Source of the DNA: a virus
Taxonomy: Duplodnaviria; Caudoviricetes
DNA: 38,367 nucleotides
Virus record (IMG/VR): IMGVR_UViG_3300027808_001469
Span: 1-38,367 of that record
Strand: one strand, 5' to 3'
Position 1 is the first letter of the stretch, and each line of letters begins with the position of its first letter. This document shows positions 7,187-16,060 of this stretch, piece by piece. Under the pieces are notes generated by a model. That model had not been told where the DNA came from, ran no database searches, and saw only the letters and a program-made list of their open reading frames with translations. Both the position numbers and the translations under genes were made by a program.

Positions 7187-7897
7187 CTATTTCCAGTACT
7201 TAGAGTAGTCTGCCCTGTTCCAATAAGCATCGTTGTTTCTATTCCAAAAGTTTTGGATAAGATACCATGCCATACCAAAATACCCCATCTTTTGAAACCT
7301 TCTACTATCTTGTCCAAAATAATGATTCATCAACTTGAATTTCTTTGGATCGTACTTTTTAGATAAAAAGAAATCTTCGCTTGTTCCATACTTCTCAGCA
7401 AAGCCACCAAACTCTTCAAATTTATCTCTGCGAGTTAACATGAAAGCACCAACAGCAAATGGCACTTTGTGTTTCATGATGTTATTTACAAAATTAAACA
7501 TCATAAATCCAATCTTTGCTCGCATGTCATTATCATAGCACTTTGCGTACAATCCGATTAAGTCTAGATTTTTGGATTCCATCTCATCAACTGCATCACG
7601 AATAGTATTGATATCAAAGAAACGAACATCAGCATCTATGAACAAGATGTATGGAGTAGTCACCAGCTTGGCTCCATTGTTCTTAGCAATACTAACTGGA
7701 CCACCATCAATAATCTCAACATTCAATCTTCCTTTGGTGGATTCAATAACTTTACGAGTATTGTCAGTAGAGCAATCTGCAATAATAATTCTGGTACTAC
7801 CTATCAGTTGATTGCGCAGTTGTAACAGCAACCACCCTATGTAATTTTCCTCATTTTTACAAGGAACTACAATTGTTATTTTACTACTTAATGACAT
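7187..7897 (-). CDS. Glycosyltransferase family 2
   Basis: IVVPCKNEE, DCSTDNT, AKNNGA, ILFIDAD, ED motif. Confidence 0.9.
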   Translation of the reverse strand: MSLSSKITIVVPCKNEENYIGWLLLQLRNQLIGSTRIIIADCSTDNTRKVIESTKGRLNVEIIDGGPVSIAKNNGAKLVTTPYILFIDADVRFFDINTIRDAVDEMESKNLDLIGLYAKCYDNDMRAKIGFMMFNFVNNIMKHKVPFAVGAFMLTRRDKFEEFGGFAEKYGTSEDFFLSKKYDPKKFKLMNHYFGQDSRRFQKMGYFGMAWYLIQNFWNRNNDAYWNRADYSKYWK

Positions 7898-8015
7898 GCG
7901 TATGTTTATGCTTTAGTGATTTCTTCAATGCTTTCAACCACATTTTCTTTTCTTTGATCTTGTCGTGGCTGATGCACGCTTGGTACATCTTCTTTATTAT
8001 TTCCTGTACTTTCAT
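7884..8015 (-). CDS. 43-aa Lys-rich peptide overlapping the 3' end of the phosphoesterase gene (not in ORF track)
   Basis: AAGGAG-N7-ATG; MKVQEIIKKMYQACISHDKIKEKKMWLKALKKSLKHKHTHVIK. Confidence 0.5.
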   Translation of the reverse strand: MKVQEIIKKMYQACISHDKIKEKKMWLKALKKSLKHKHTHVIK

Positions 8016-8760
8016 GGTCGGTCTCCTTTGTCCATGTTATTATTTCCCAGTGTCCATCATGATGTTCAACAAGAGCAGTGCATGACTCAACCCAGTCGCC
8101 ATCGTTCATATATGTAACACCATCAATCTCTTTGATTTCAGCATGATGAATATGCCCACAGATAACTCCATCATACCCTCGTTTCTTGCAGTATGCTGCA
8201 AGATTCTTTTCAAACTGGAACATGAAGTCAGATGCTTTTTTAACTTTATGTTTTAAGTATTTAGACAGTGACCAGTACCCAAATCCCAGTTTGTGACGAA
8301 CCCAATTGAAACGAGAATTCCAATCAAGAACTAGATCGTATAGTTTATCGCCAAGAAATGCAAGCCATGGTGCCAGTCGAGTAATACCATCGAATAGGTC
8401 ACCATGCGTGACTAGGTATCGTTTACCATTTACACCGACATGTTCTGTTTGATTTTGTATTTCAATCAGACCGAAAGAGAATCCGTAAGGAATCATCGGT
8501 CTTAAGAATTCATCATGATTACCTGCAACATAAATCACTCTAGTTCCACGCTTGGCATGACCAAGTATTCTGCGGACAACATTGGTGTGACTTTGTTTCC
8601 ATCGCCACTTGTTCTGTTGGATCTTCCAAGCATCAATTATATCACCCACGAGATATAGAGTCTCGCAAGTATTATGTTTTAAAAAGTTATTTAACTTATT
8701 TGCTTGGCAATCACGAGTACCTAAGTGAACATCACTTATGAATATCGTTTTATATTTCAT
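7906..8760 (-). CDS. PlcP-like metallophosphoesterase (LpxH2 / UDP-2,3-diacylglucosamine hydrolase family)
   Basis: SDVHLG, LVGDIID, GNHDEFLR, HGDLFD, YWSLSKYLK.KVK.A, CGHIH, NDGDWVESCTAL. Confidence 0.85.
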   Translation of the reverse strand: MKYKTIFISDVHLGTRDCQANKLNNFLKHNTCETLYLVGDIIDAWKIQQNKWRWKQSHTNVVRRILGHAKRGTRVIYVAGNHDEFLRPMIPYGFSFGLIEIQNQTEHVGVNGKRYLVTHGDLFDGITRLAPWLAFLGDKLYDLVLDWNSRFNWVRHKLGFGYWSLSKYLKHKVKKASDFMFQFEKNLAAYCKKRGYDGVICGHIHHAEIKEIDGVTYMNDGDWVESCTALVEHHDGHWEIITWTKETDHESTGNNKEDVPSVHQPRQDQRKENVVESIEEITKA

Positions 8761-9185
8761 TATGGTTTCAGTTCGCCACGCTCAATTAGAATCTTTTTAT
8801 TAGCCTGATGCTCTGCCTGAGTCAAGTCCTTGTTCTCACCTTTGTATGGTACAGCGTAATTGTTTTGAATTAACCAATCATTGACACGAGTACCATCTTC
8901 AAGAATAATTACACCAAGGATTCTACCAAACTTATCATCGTTACTATCAGGCTTTTGAGTTTCAATAATTTGCCAAGAGCCAATAGGTAATTTCTCTGCT
9001 AATTTCTTTTTAGAGATTACACCACGAACCTTTTCTTCTGCAATAGTAGTTCTTGATTCTGGAGTATCAACTCCAGCCAAGCGCACTCTTTGATTAGCAA
9101 GGATAATTTTAAAACCTAAATCTAAATCTATATCAACTGTGTCGCCATCAAGAACTTTAATAATTTTACATTTATATTGGTACAT
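8760..9185 (-). CDS. Thermonuclease (SNase-fold) family nuclease
   Basis: VLDGDTVD, RVRLAGVDTPE, DKFGRILG. Confidence 0.88.
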   Translation of the reverse strand: MYQYKCKIIKVLDGDTVDIDLDLGFKIILANQRVRLAGVDTPESRTTIAEEKVRGVISKKKLAEKLPIGSWQIIETQKPDSNDDKFGRILGVIILEDGTRVNDWLIQNNYAVPYKGENKDLTQAEHQANKKILIERGELKP

Positions 9186-9191
9186 AATATC

Positions 9192-9593
9192 TTAATCGTT
9201 TCTAGTGTTACGTGTTTGTGGATCATCTGGCAATAAGTCTACTGTTGGTGCTACAGCTAATGGCATTGGTCTTGGAACCATTGGAACTGGTGTTGGTGCT
9301 ATAAGTGTTGGCGCAACTGGTGTTACATTACTTGCTGCTCCAGCAACTTTCTCTTGAGTACGACCCCATGCTGCAATACCAAGAACTGCACCCATCGCTA
9401 AGTGAAATAAACCAGCACCTTGTAGTGTTAGTGGATTCCATTGGGTGACTGTTTGATGAGTAAGTACTTGTAGCAAACTCCACAGTACTGGGAATATAGC
9501 CATATCTAGTGTACAAATAATCATGTACATCCAACCCATGGCTGGACGCCACTTCTTCTGCATCCAATCTTCGTTTTTATTTTCTTCTCCCAT
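9192..9593 (-). CDS. Holin-like protein (3TM / GTA-holin family)
   Basis: WRPAMGW...GAVLGIAAWGRTQEK. Confidence 0.7.
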   Translation of the reverse strand: MGEENKNEDWMQKKWRPAMGWMYMIICTLDMAIFPVLWSLLQVLTHQTVTQWNPLTLQGAGLFHLAMGAVLGIAAWGRTQEKVAGAASNVTPVAPTLIAPTPVPMVPRPMPLAVAPTVDLLPDDPQTRNTRND

Positions 9594-9623
9594 GGTCTCT
9601 CCTTTTTAATAGTTATTTTCTTA

Positions 9624-9923
9624 TCATATATTTCTTGTTCCAGAAGTACCAGAGCCTATGACACAAGCAATTTGTCTATTCTTTTTTAGCAGCGTCCAGT
9701 TACCTTTTGTATCTTGCCATAAAGAATAGACTGAACCATCTGATATATCTGAACCTGACCAAGTGAATTCTTCTTTCTGTGTCTTAGAAAGAAATTCTAT
9801 TAGTTGAACGACTGGACCACAAGTTACTTGATAGTTGTATGTAAATGGTTGTGGCACAGCAACCTGTGGTTGCGCCTGTGCAACCAGAGAAAAACTAAAC
9901 AGTAACAACGCTAGTATTTTCAT
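9624..9923 (-). CDS. Small secreted protein with two Cys
   Basis: Signal peptide MKILALLLFSFSLVAQA; WTLL...ACVIGSG. Confidence 0.65.
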   Translation of the reverse strand: MKILALLLFSFSLVAQAQPQVAVPQPFTYNYQVTCGPVVQLIEFLSKTQKEEFTWSGSDISDGSVYSLWQDTKGNWTLLKKNRQIACVIGSGTSGTRNI

Positions 9924-9926
9924 ATT

Positions 9927-10697
9927 TTATCTTCCAATATATTCTTTTGGTTGTGCTTCTATTCTTCTTTGTTGTTCAGTTTTAGGAACAAAATCAGTTC
10001 CTAGATGTGGGTACTTTTCTATTCTATCCTGCACAACAAACCACAGTATAATCATAGAAAAAGTAAATGCGCCCATAAAAATACCAAACCATTTACCAAA
10101 TGTTTTAAAATTCTTAACCAGTTTGGCATGTTCTCTATCATGTTGCATTTGTATCTGAATATGACGCTTCAATGCTTCAGACTGTCTTGCATTTATTATC
10201 TTAGATTGCTGTAGTACTTCTGTCCAGAGTGCACCCAATTCAGGTGGACTTTGATATATCATTACTTGTCGCAACTCAACTTCCATCTGCTCAAGTTTCT
10301 TTTTCATTAGTACTCTTTGCAGAGCACGTTTTCCTACAGAAGCATCACCTGTGTATAAATTATATGATTGTTTTTCTTCTGCTTCAAATACTGCTATACA
10401 TTTTGCTTGATTGTCAAAGAAAGCACCAAGATGTTGACCTAAATCAAAATAAACATCACCTGAATCTTTCTTGTTTAATTCTTTTATCCTAGACTTTTCT
10501 TCATTCAGTTGTTTGATTGCTGCAGGTGGTGGTGTCTTTCCTTTCTCTGCATACATACCATGGAACTGCGCATCTAGATCTTTGAGTACATCCTTTATAT
10601 CTCCAGCTGCGCCTTTGATATCTTTGTATAATTTACATCCAGCTTTAATCGCAGATACAGCACCATTGGCTAGAGCAAAGAGTGTTAGGGGATCCAT
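9927..10697 (-). CDS. MDP-start helical protein with C-terminal TM, paralogue B
   Basis: MDPLTLFALANGAVSAIK; coiled coil; TM near C-terminus. Confidence 0.75.
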   Translation of the reverse strand: MDPLTLFALANGAVSAIKAGCKLYKDIKGAAGDIKDVLKDLDAQFHGMYAEKGKTPPPAAIKQLNEEKSRIKELNKKDSGDVYFDLGQHLGAFFDNQAKCIAVFEAEEKQSYNLYTGDASVGKRALQRVLMKKKLEQMEVELRQVMIYQSPPELGALWTEVLQQSKIINARQSEALKRHIQIQMQHDREHAKLVKNFKTFGKWFGIFMGAFTFSMIILWFVVQDRIEKYPHLGTDFVPKTEQQRRIEAQPKEYIGR

Positions 10698-10846
10698 CTA
10701 TTCTCCCTCTTTTTCCACTCTAAACAAACTACACGACGCTCATAAACATCACCAGACCAAGTCCAGCGGACACACTGCCACTCTGGCCATTTTTTAACAT
10801 CAGGCTCTTTTGCTAATAATGTTAAAAATAAGACCCACTCATACAT
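10685..10846 (-). CDS. 53-aa Trp-rich peptide with C-x15-C motif (not in ORF track)
   Basis: MYEWVLFLTLLAKEPDVKKWPEWQCVRWTWSGDVYERRVVCLEWKKRENRWIP; fills the gap between the paralogues. Confidence 0.65.
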   Translation of the reverse strand: MYEWVLFLTLLAKEPDVKKWPEWQCVRWTWSGDVYERRVVCLEWKKRENRWIP

Positions 10847-11467
10847 TTACTTAGATCCTTTGGCGTAATCTTCACGCTCTTTCTGTTCTTGAGCATCACG
10901 TTGTTTTTGTTGCTGACGAAGAACTAGATTTCTCTGAGCAACTTTTTGCTCATAAATTCGTTTTTCTTCCATCTGACCATAAATTCCAACACCAACCATG
11001 GCAATACAGAAAACAACAACAGAACCTGCTAGAAAATACATACCAAGCATAAGCATGTCTGCCATTTTTTTCTTATGGGCTGCTTGTCTGTCTTCTTCTG
11101 CACGTTGGGCTTCTGCTCTTGCCTTAAAAAGCCTAGTGCGCTCAGCAATCATTCGTTCCCAGATTTCTGGTTTGTTTAATTGCCAAAGAAGCATGTCTTT
11201 TAAATCACGTTCAGCTTGCCTTAGGGCATCACTGTGCATGGCAATTTGTAAGGCTTCGTGACCTAACTCTGCATCTGTTTTGCCTAGTAGATTAGCCTTA
11301 GCTTTTAACTTTATTCGTTCACGATGTATTGAATCTGAAGACTCAAAAAACTTGCTGAATTGTCCTACTAGACTGTTTATGTCTTTGCCCAGAGCTATAG
11401 CTTGTTTGATGTGGCTGACCGCTGATTGGGCAGCAGCAAATGCCAGCCCAATAGTTATGGGATCCAC
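10847..11467 (-). CDS. MDP-start helical protein with C-terminal TM, paralogue A
   Basis: GTG start after AGGAG; MDPITIGLAFAAAQSAVSHIK. Confidence 0.75.
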   Translation of the reverse strand: MDPITIGLAFAAAQSAVSHIKQAIALGKDINSLVGQFSKFFESSDSIHRERIKLKAKANLLGKTDAELGHEALQIAMHSDALRQAERDLKDMLLWQLNKPEIWERMIAERTRLFKARAEAQRAEEDRQAAHKKKMADMLMLGMYFLAGSVVVFCIAMVGVGIYGQMEEKRIYEQKVAQRNLVLRQQQKQRDAQEQKEREDYAKGSK

Positions 11468-11499
11468 TACAATTCTCCTAAACCATGGCAGTATTACTA

Positions 11500-12675
11500 C
11501 TATTTAGGTTTTTTGTCTTGCAGTTCGTCTACTTCTTTTTCGATGGTTTTTACACCTGGAGATGGAAACACACTCTGGACTTTGTTCAAGAACGATTGTG
11601 TCTTCGATGGTTTTTGACCAGTTTCTTCTAAATATCGACCAACTTGTTTTCTATTATAGAGTTCTGGTTGCCAATCTTTAGTTGGTTCGTCTACTTCAAT
11701 TTTTGGAAGTTCAGATTCTAGTAAATCATTGACTTCTTTTTTAATTTCTTCTGGAACAATAGTAGTTTCTAATTGTTCTTTTGATAAATGTTCTGTAATA
11801 TGATCAAAAACAGGAGTTGTGCTTGGTTCATCGACTTTTATTTCGTCATTAAGTCTAACTTCTGTTTTTTCTGGAAAGTCTTCAACAGGTGGTTTCTCAA
11901 AAAAGTCATTCCACTTTCTTGTACCAGTATGTTTGAGATTCCAGTTAGCAGCGATTAATAATAATACTGCCAGCGGATCAAATACTATAACAATTAGTAT
12001 AGTGACGATACGAACTGCTTTTTCAAGCATATTCGTATCATTAGAACTTTCGTCACCATATATCAATGCAGCAATGTATTTTATTGGACCGACTTCGGCT
12101 TCGACTTTACGGACTTCGCTGGCGATGGGGGCACGTTCTTCGTTGTACTTGGCGATCTTGGCTTGCGCTGTACCGATTTCGTTGAGGATTCTGGCTCTGT
12201 CTTTTTGCTGGCTTCTGCGGACGGTAATGGCTCGCTCTGTTCCTTTGGTATCGTCTGTTCTTGCGATGGTTTGATCCACTTGAGCATCGAGTTGAGTAAG
12301 TTCTTTACGATTTGCATTGATATTTTCCTTTTCTGTTTTAATCTTCTCATCAATCAATGCTAACTTAGATTGAACATCTCCCGTAGGAATTGCTTGATCC
12401 AAATGTGCCTTTGATAAGAATCCGAAAATGCCCATTGATGTTAATAACATTAACACTATCAAGGCAGCTACAAAGTATGACTTCATCAATGTTGGAATTT
12501 CTTTCCAGTTTTGATAGAGCCATGATGCCACTACAAGTTTCGATGCCTCAAGCAACGAACCCATAAGAGCAATCGGTACAACAGCTGCAGCAAAGATTGC
12601 GACAAGACCCATCACTGCGTAATACGCAGCAAGTGCCGACAATGATAGTGCAACTGCAAAAAGTAAATATGTCAT
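11500..12675 (-). CDS. Multi-TM membrane protein with coiled coil and acidic tail
   Basis: Three N-terminal TMs, TSMGIFGFLS, EVGPIKYIA, IVFDPLAV. Confidence 0.8.
   Translation of the reverse strand: MTYLLFAVALSLSALAAYYAVMGLVAIFAAAVVPIALMGSLLEASKLVVASWLYQNWKEIPTLMKSYFVAALIVLMLLTSMGIFGFLSKAHLDQAIPTGDVQSKLALIDEKIKTEKENINANRKELTQLDAQVDQTIARTDDTKGTERAITVRRSQQKDRARILNEIGTAQAKIAKYNEERAPIASEVRKVEAEVGPIKYIAALIYGDESSNDTNMLEKAVRIVTILIVIVFDPLAVLLLIAANWNLKHTGTRKWNDFFEKPPVEDFPEKTEVRLNDEIKVDEPSTTPVFDHITEHLSKEQLETTIVPEEIKKEVNDLLESELPKIEVDEPTKDWQPELYNRKQVGRYLEETGQKPSKTQSFLNKVQSVFPSPGVKTIEKEVDELQDKKPK
11501..11507 (-). promoter_or_regulatory. Late-promoter-like CTAAATA
   Basis: The same (C/A)TAAATA motif occurs at gene junctions 13104, 21655, 24472, 27863, 31174. 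Confidence 0.5.
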
Positions 12676-13097
12676 AGTTTGTTTTTAATATGAGAGCCAT
12701 GGACTCGAACAGATATCTGTCCGTTGTAGTAGTCGTCTGACTCCAACACCTTTCGTGCAAACTGTTCTCGTGCTTCTATGTAAGAACATTCAGCTTTAGA
12801 TTTACAAAAGAAAAGAATCTCACGAACAAAGTTGTCTTTGCCAAGAGACTCTACATCTTTATTTAGTTCTAAACTCGAACCATAGTACTCCATCCAATCG
12901 GAGTCTATTTTGCTACGGATCTTCTTTCGTTTCTTGATTCCGTTTTTCTGTGTCATCATCTTGTATGTAGTTTTAGAAAACTTAGATAGTTTCTTACCCA
13001 CATACATACGACTGCTGGCTTTGTTCGTAATTAAATAAACAAAGCCAACGCAGTCTTCTGGTAATTCCTCAACAATAATGTTTTTATATGTCCACAT
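12672..13097 (-). CDS. GIY-YIG family nuclease
   Basis: GFVYLITN...MYVGKK, YYGSS, FVREIL, YYN. Confidence 0.75.
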   Translation of the reverse strand: MWTYKNIIVEELPEDCVGFVYLITNKASSRMYVGKKLSKFSKTTYKMMTQKNGIKKRKKIRSKIDSDWMEYYGSSLELNKDVESLGKDNFVREILFFCKSKAECSYIEAREQFARKVLESDDYYNGQISVRVHGSHIKNKL

Positions 13098-13106
13098 AGA
13101 ACATAT

Positions 13107-13256
13107 TTATTCATCCTCGTCGAGTTCCTCTTCTTCGTAGATATCAGCAGAACACACAGGACAATAGACAATATCAGCAAGCACCTTGTCTTCTCCCTTG
13201 AGAACTATCTTTCCTCTTGCGTCACAACTTTCACATTCAAAATATTTTGTTATCAT
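13107..13256 (-). CDS. 49-aa Zn-ribbon/rubredoxin-like protein with acidic tail (not in ORF track)
   Basis: [49 protein letters not shown]; ATGA overlap with iscA. Confidence 0.75.
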   Translation of the reverse strand: MITKYFECESCDARGKIVLKGEDKVLADIVYCPVCSADIYEEEELDEDE

Positions 13257-13570
13257 ACGCTAAATGAACTTCCGCATCCACAAGTGGATTTTGCATTAGG
13301 ATTAGAGATAACAAACTGTGAACCTTTTAGTTTGTCACTAGTGAAATCAATTGTTGCCGTATCAAAATATTGCATACTCATAGCATCAACTACGAGATTA
13401 TCAATAACAAAGTCATCTTCTTCTTTGTCAGCTTCAAGCGTAAATCCATAGTTAAAACCAGAACATCCTCCGCCAGTAATAAATGCTCTTACATATTTCA
13501 TAGAGGGTTCATCTAAAAGAATCTCAGTAAGTTGTATTTTTGCGTTTTCTGTTAGAGTAATCATATGCAC
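13253..13570 (-). CDS. iscA: A-type Fe-S carrier (IscA/ErpA, HesB family)
   Basis: GGGCSGFNY and [14 protein letters not shown]. Confidence 0.88.
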   Translation of the reverse strand: MHMITLTENAKIQLTEILLDEPSMKYVRAFITGGGCSGFNYGFTLEADKEEDDFVIDNLVVDAMSMQYFDTATIDFTSDKLKGSQFVISNPNAKSTCGCGSSFSV

Positions 13571-13944
13571 TCACATTTTAGTTGATAGTCGTTTATTGCT
13601 GCTTTTATGGCATCTTCAGCAAGGATGCTACAATGGATTTTGACTGGTGGCAATGCGAGTTCTTGAGCAATGTCTGAATTTTTAATAACTGCTGCTTGCT
13701 CCAATGTCTTGCCCTTAACCCACTCGGTAACAAGAGAGGAACTTGCAATTGCAGATCCACATCCGTATGTTTTAAATTTTGCATCTGTAATAATTCCATC
13801 TTCAACTTTAATCTGTAACTTCATCACATCACCACATGCTGGTGCACCAACCATGCCAGTTCCAACTGATGGATCGTCTTTATCCAGAGAACCAACATTA
13901 CGTGGGTTTTCATAGTGGTCAATAACTTTATTTGAATATGCCAT
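13561..13944 (-). CDS. iscU: Fe-S cluster scaffold IscU
   Basis: [38 protein letters not shown]. Confidence 0.97.
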   Translation of the reverse strand: MAYSNKVIDHYENPRNVGSLDKDDPSVGTGMVGAPACGDVMKLQIKVEDGIITDAKFKTYGCGSAIASSSLVTEWVKGKTLEQAAVIKNSDIAQELALPPVKIHCSILAEDAIKAAINDYQLKCECI

Positions 13945-13945
13945 A

Positions 13946-14575
13946 TTACTCCTCGTACATGACTGTTTTAGTATCGCCCAGTGCCCACTTAGAATCTGAC
14001 TCTACAGACCATTTGACAGTGGCAACTTTAAAATCTGGATGTTTTAGTTCTTTTGGATTGCTGCTTGGTTCTAATATAATTAAACGATTATTTGGCTGAG
14101 CAGCAAACTGCCCATTATCACACTGAATGAAATTATAAGACTTGTGGTCTTCTGGATCTTCAGAAAACCCTGTATCAAGAATGTTAAAATCAGGATGAGC
14201 AGAATCAACTGTAAAAAGATAAACACCATACTGCCAATCTCCGTTCTTCAATTTAAACTTACAACGCATTGACTGTAGTTGTGCTTTTTTAATCACTGTG
14301 ATATCATAAGAAAGACAATCCCACAACTGAAGATAATCTAGGGGTAGTGGTTCACCTTCAATTGGTTTCCAGCAGTAAGCATGTAGTGGTAGTTTATCAT
14401 ATAAAGCACCGTAATTATTTAGATACGATTCAATACGAAACGCTTGTCCTCGTAAAGACTTAATGCTAACCCACCAACAAGGTTCAAGTTCTCCGTGACC
14501 TTTCTCAAAGTCATAGAGAAACTCTCTGCGTACAAAACACTTAATAGGTGGTAAGTTCGCTACGATATGTGACAT
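13946..14575 (-). CDS. Conserved hypothetical protein
   Basis: ANLPP...GALYDKLP...LQLWDC...YLFTVD...NGQFAAQPNNR; TAATG coupling. Confidence 0.75.
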   Translation of the reverse strand: MSHIVANLPPIKCFVRREFLYDFEKGHGELEPCWWVSIKSLRGQAFRIESYLNNYGALYDKLPLHAYCWKPIEGEPLPLDYLQLWDCLSYDITVIKKAQLQSMRCKFKLKNGDWQYGVYLFTVDSAHPDFNILDTGFSEDPEDHKSYNFIQCDNGQFAAQPNNRLIILEPSSNPKELKHPDFKVATVKWSVESDSKWALGDTKTVMYEE

Positions 14576-15564
14576 TATGCTGCCTTACCCCAAACATCAC
14601 CCCAGTCACCAGATAAAGTGCCTTTTGCATAATCAGTTACACGATTCTCAAAGAAGTTGCCGTGTACTGGTGCATTAATCATTTCTTCAACCCATGGCAG
14701 TGGATTCTTTTTAACTTTGAATACACCTTTCATACCAAGAGAGATTAGGCGACGATCTGCGATATAACGAATATACTTCTTTACGTCTTCAGCGGATAGA
14801 TCACGCATCTCTGCGCCAGCAAAAGAGATATCGATAAACTTGTCTTCAAGTTCTACCATGCGTTCTGCAATAGTGTAGATTTTACCCTTGAGTTCATCAT
14901 TCCAGATTTGTGGATTCTCTTTTATATATTCACGGAATAACTTAATCATTGACTCAGCATGCATGGTTTCGTCAACAATACTCCATGTAACGATCTGTCC
15001 CATACCTTTCATCATACCATGGCGTGGCATATTCAAAAGCATGATGAATGAAGAGAATAACTGCATACCTTCGGTGAATGCAGAAAACACAGCAATGTGT
15101 TCAGCAGTTGAAGCAATCGTACCATTACGTGATGAGATGTCAGCAACATAATCGTGCTTGTCTTTCATCTCTTGGTATTCCATAAACTGAGAATATGTAA
15201 CTTCGGGTAGACCCAAGGTTTCAATCAGATGGCTATACGCAGCAATGTGTAGTGCTTCACGTGCTGCAAATCCAGACAACATCATACGAATTTCTGGTTG
15301 TGGAAAGTATGGAAGATAGTTCTTCACATATCCACCAGCGACATCAATGTCACCTTGTGTAAAGAAACGAAAGATGTTTGTTAAGAAATCTTTTTCGGGT
15401 TGTGTTAGTTTCTTTTTCCAATCCTTTACATCTTCAGCCATTGGTACTTCTGTATGTAACCAATGTGATTGCTCGTGCTTTAACCATGCATCATATGCCC
15501 ATGGATAATTAAATGGTTTGAAGTAATTTCTTTCATCTGTCATTCTGCTATGTATTTTAGACAT
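14575..15564 (-). CDS. nrdB: Ribonucleotide reductase class I beta subunit
   Basis: FFTQGD, EALHIAAY, TEGMQLFSSF, DETMH, NFFE. Confidence 0.95.
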   Translation of the reverse strand: MSKIHSRMTDERNYFKPFNYPWAYDAWLKHEQSHWLHTEVPMAEDVKDWKKKLTQPEKDFLTNIFRFFTQGDIDVAGGYVKNYLPYFPQPEIRMMLSGFAAREALHIAAYSHLIETLGLPEVTYSQFMEYQEMKDKHDYVADISSRNGTIASTAEHIAVFSAFTEGMQLFSSFIMLLNMPRHGMMKGMGQIVTWSIVDETMHAESMIKLFREYIKENPQIWNDELKGKIYTIAERMVELEDKFIDISFAGAEMRDLSAEDVKKYIRYIADRRLISLGMKGVFKVKKNPLPWVEEMINAPVHGNFFENRVTDYAKGTLSGDWGDVWGKAA

Positions 15565-16060
15565 TGTTTATCTCTTTTAGTTTAAATGCAACACTTATTC
15601 GTAATTGTTTGCAATGGATTGATGGGTCGCTACCATAATGTAGCATGTTACTTTTAAATAATACTCCACTGTTAGGTACAGGAAGATATGATTGAATTTC
15701 ATCATTTTCTTGGAAGATAGTAAAACCTTCCCAGTTTGGTTGCCAAATTGGATTCATATAAATCAAAAATGTATAGCAATCATCTTGTAGTGCATCTCTA
15801 TGAAAATCTCCACATTGACCATATGATTGCCCATTTGCATTAACTGATATTAATTCAAATGTTTTATTGGTTAATTTTTGTATTCGTTTAAATAAAAATT
15901 CTGAGTAGTATGGTTTTTCTATTAAGTTTTTATACCAAAATGTTATGGCGTTTTCTGATTTAGAACTAATGTTATTAAATGTCCAAGAACTATCTCTTAT
16001 CATTTCATATTCAATTAAGAAATCATCTTCTGGTAGAATATTTTTATAAACACTAAACAT
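15557..16060 (-). CDS. 2OG-Fe(II) oxygenase between nrdA and nrdB
   Basis: FHRD...YMNPIW..NWEG...LHYG...LRISVAFK. Confidence 0.8.
   Translation of the reverse strand: MFSVYKNILPEDDFLIEYEMIRDSSWTFNNISSKSENAITFWYKNLIEKPYYSEFLFKRIQKLTNKTFELISVNANGQSYGQCGDFHRDALQDDCYTFLIYMNPIWQPNWEGFTIFQENDEIQSYLPVPNSGVLFKSNMLHYGSDPSIHCKQLRISVAFKLKEINNV

Noticed and set aside
7906-8760. Call as lipid A enzyme LpxH
   Set aside because: Motifs and the glycosyltransferase neighbour fit the PlcP/LpxH2 subfamily better, so the symbol is withheld.
13107-13256. LysW amino-group carrier
   Set aside because: Has CxxC pairs and an acidic tail but lacks the EDWGE terminus, and no LysX-type ligase is nearby.
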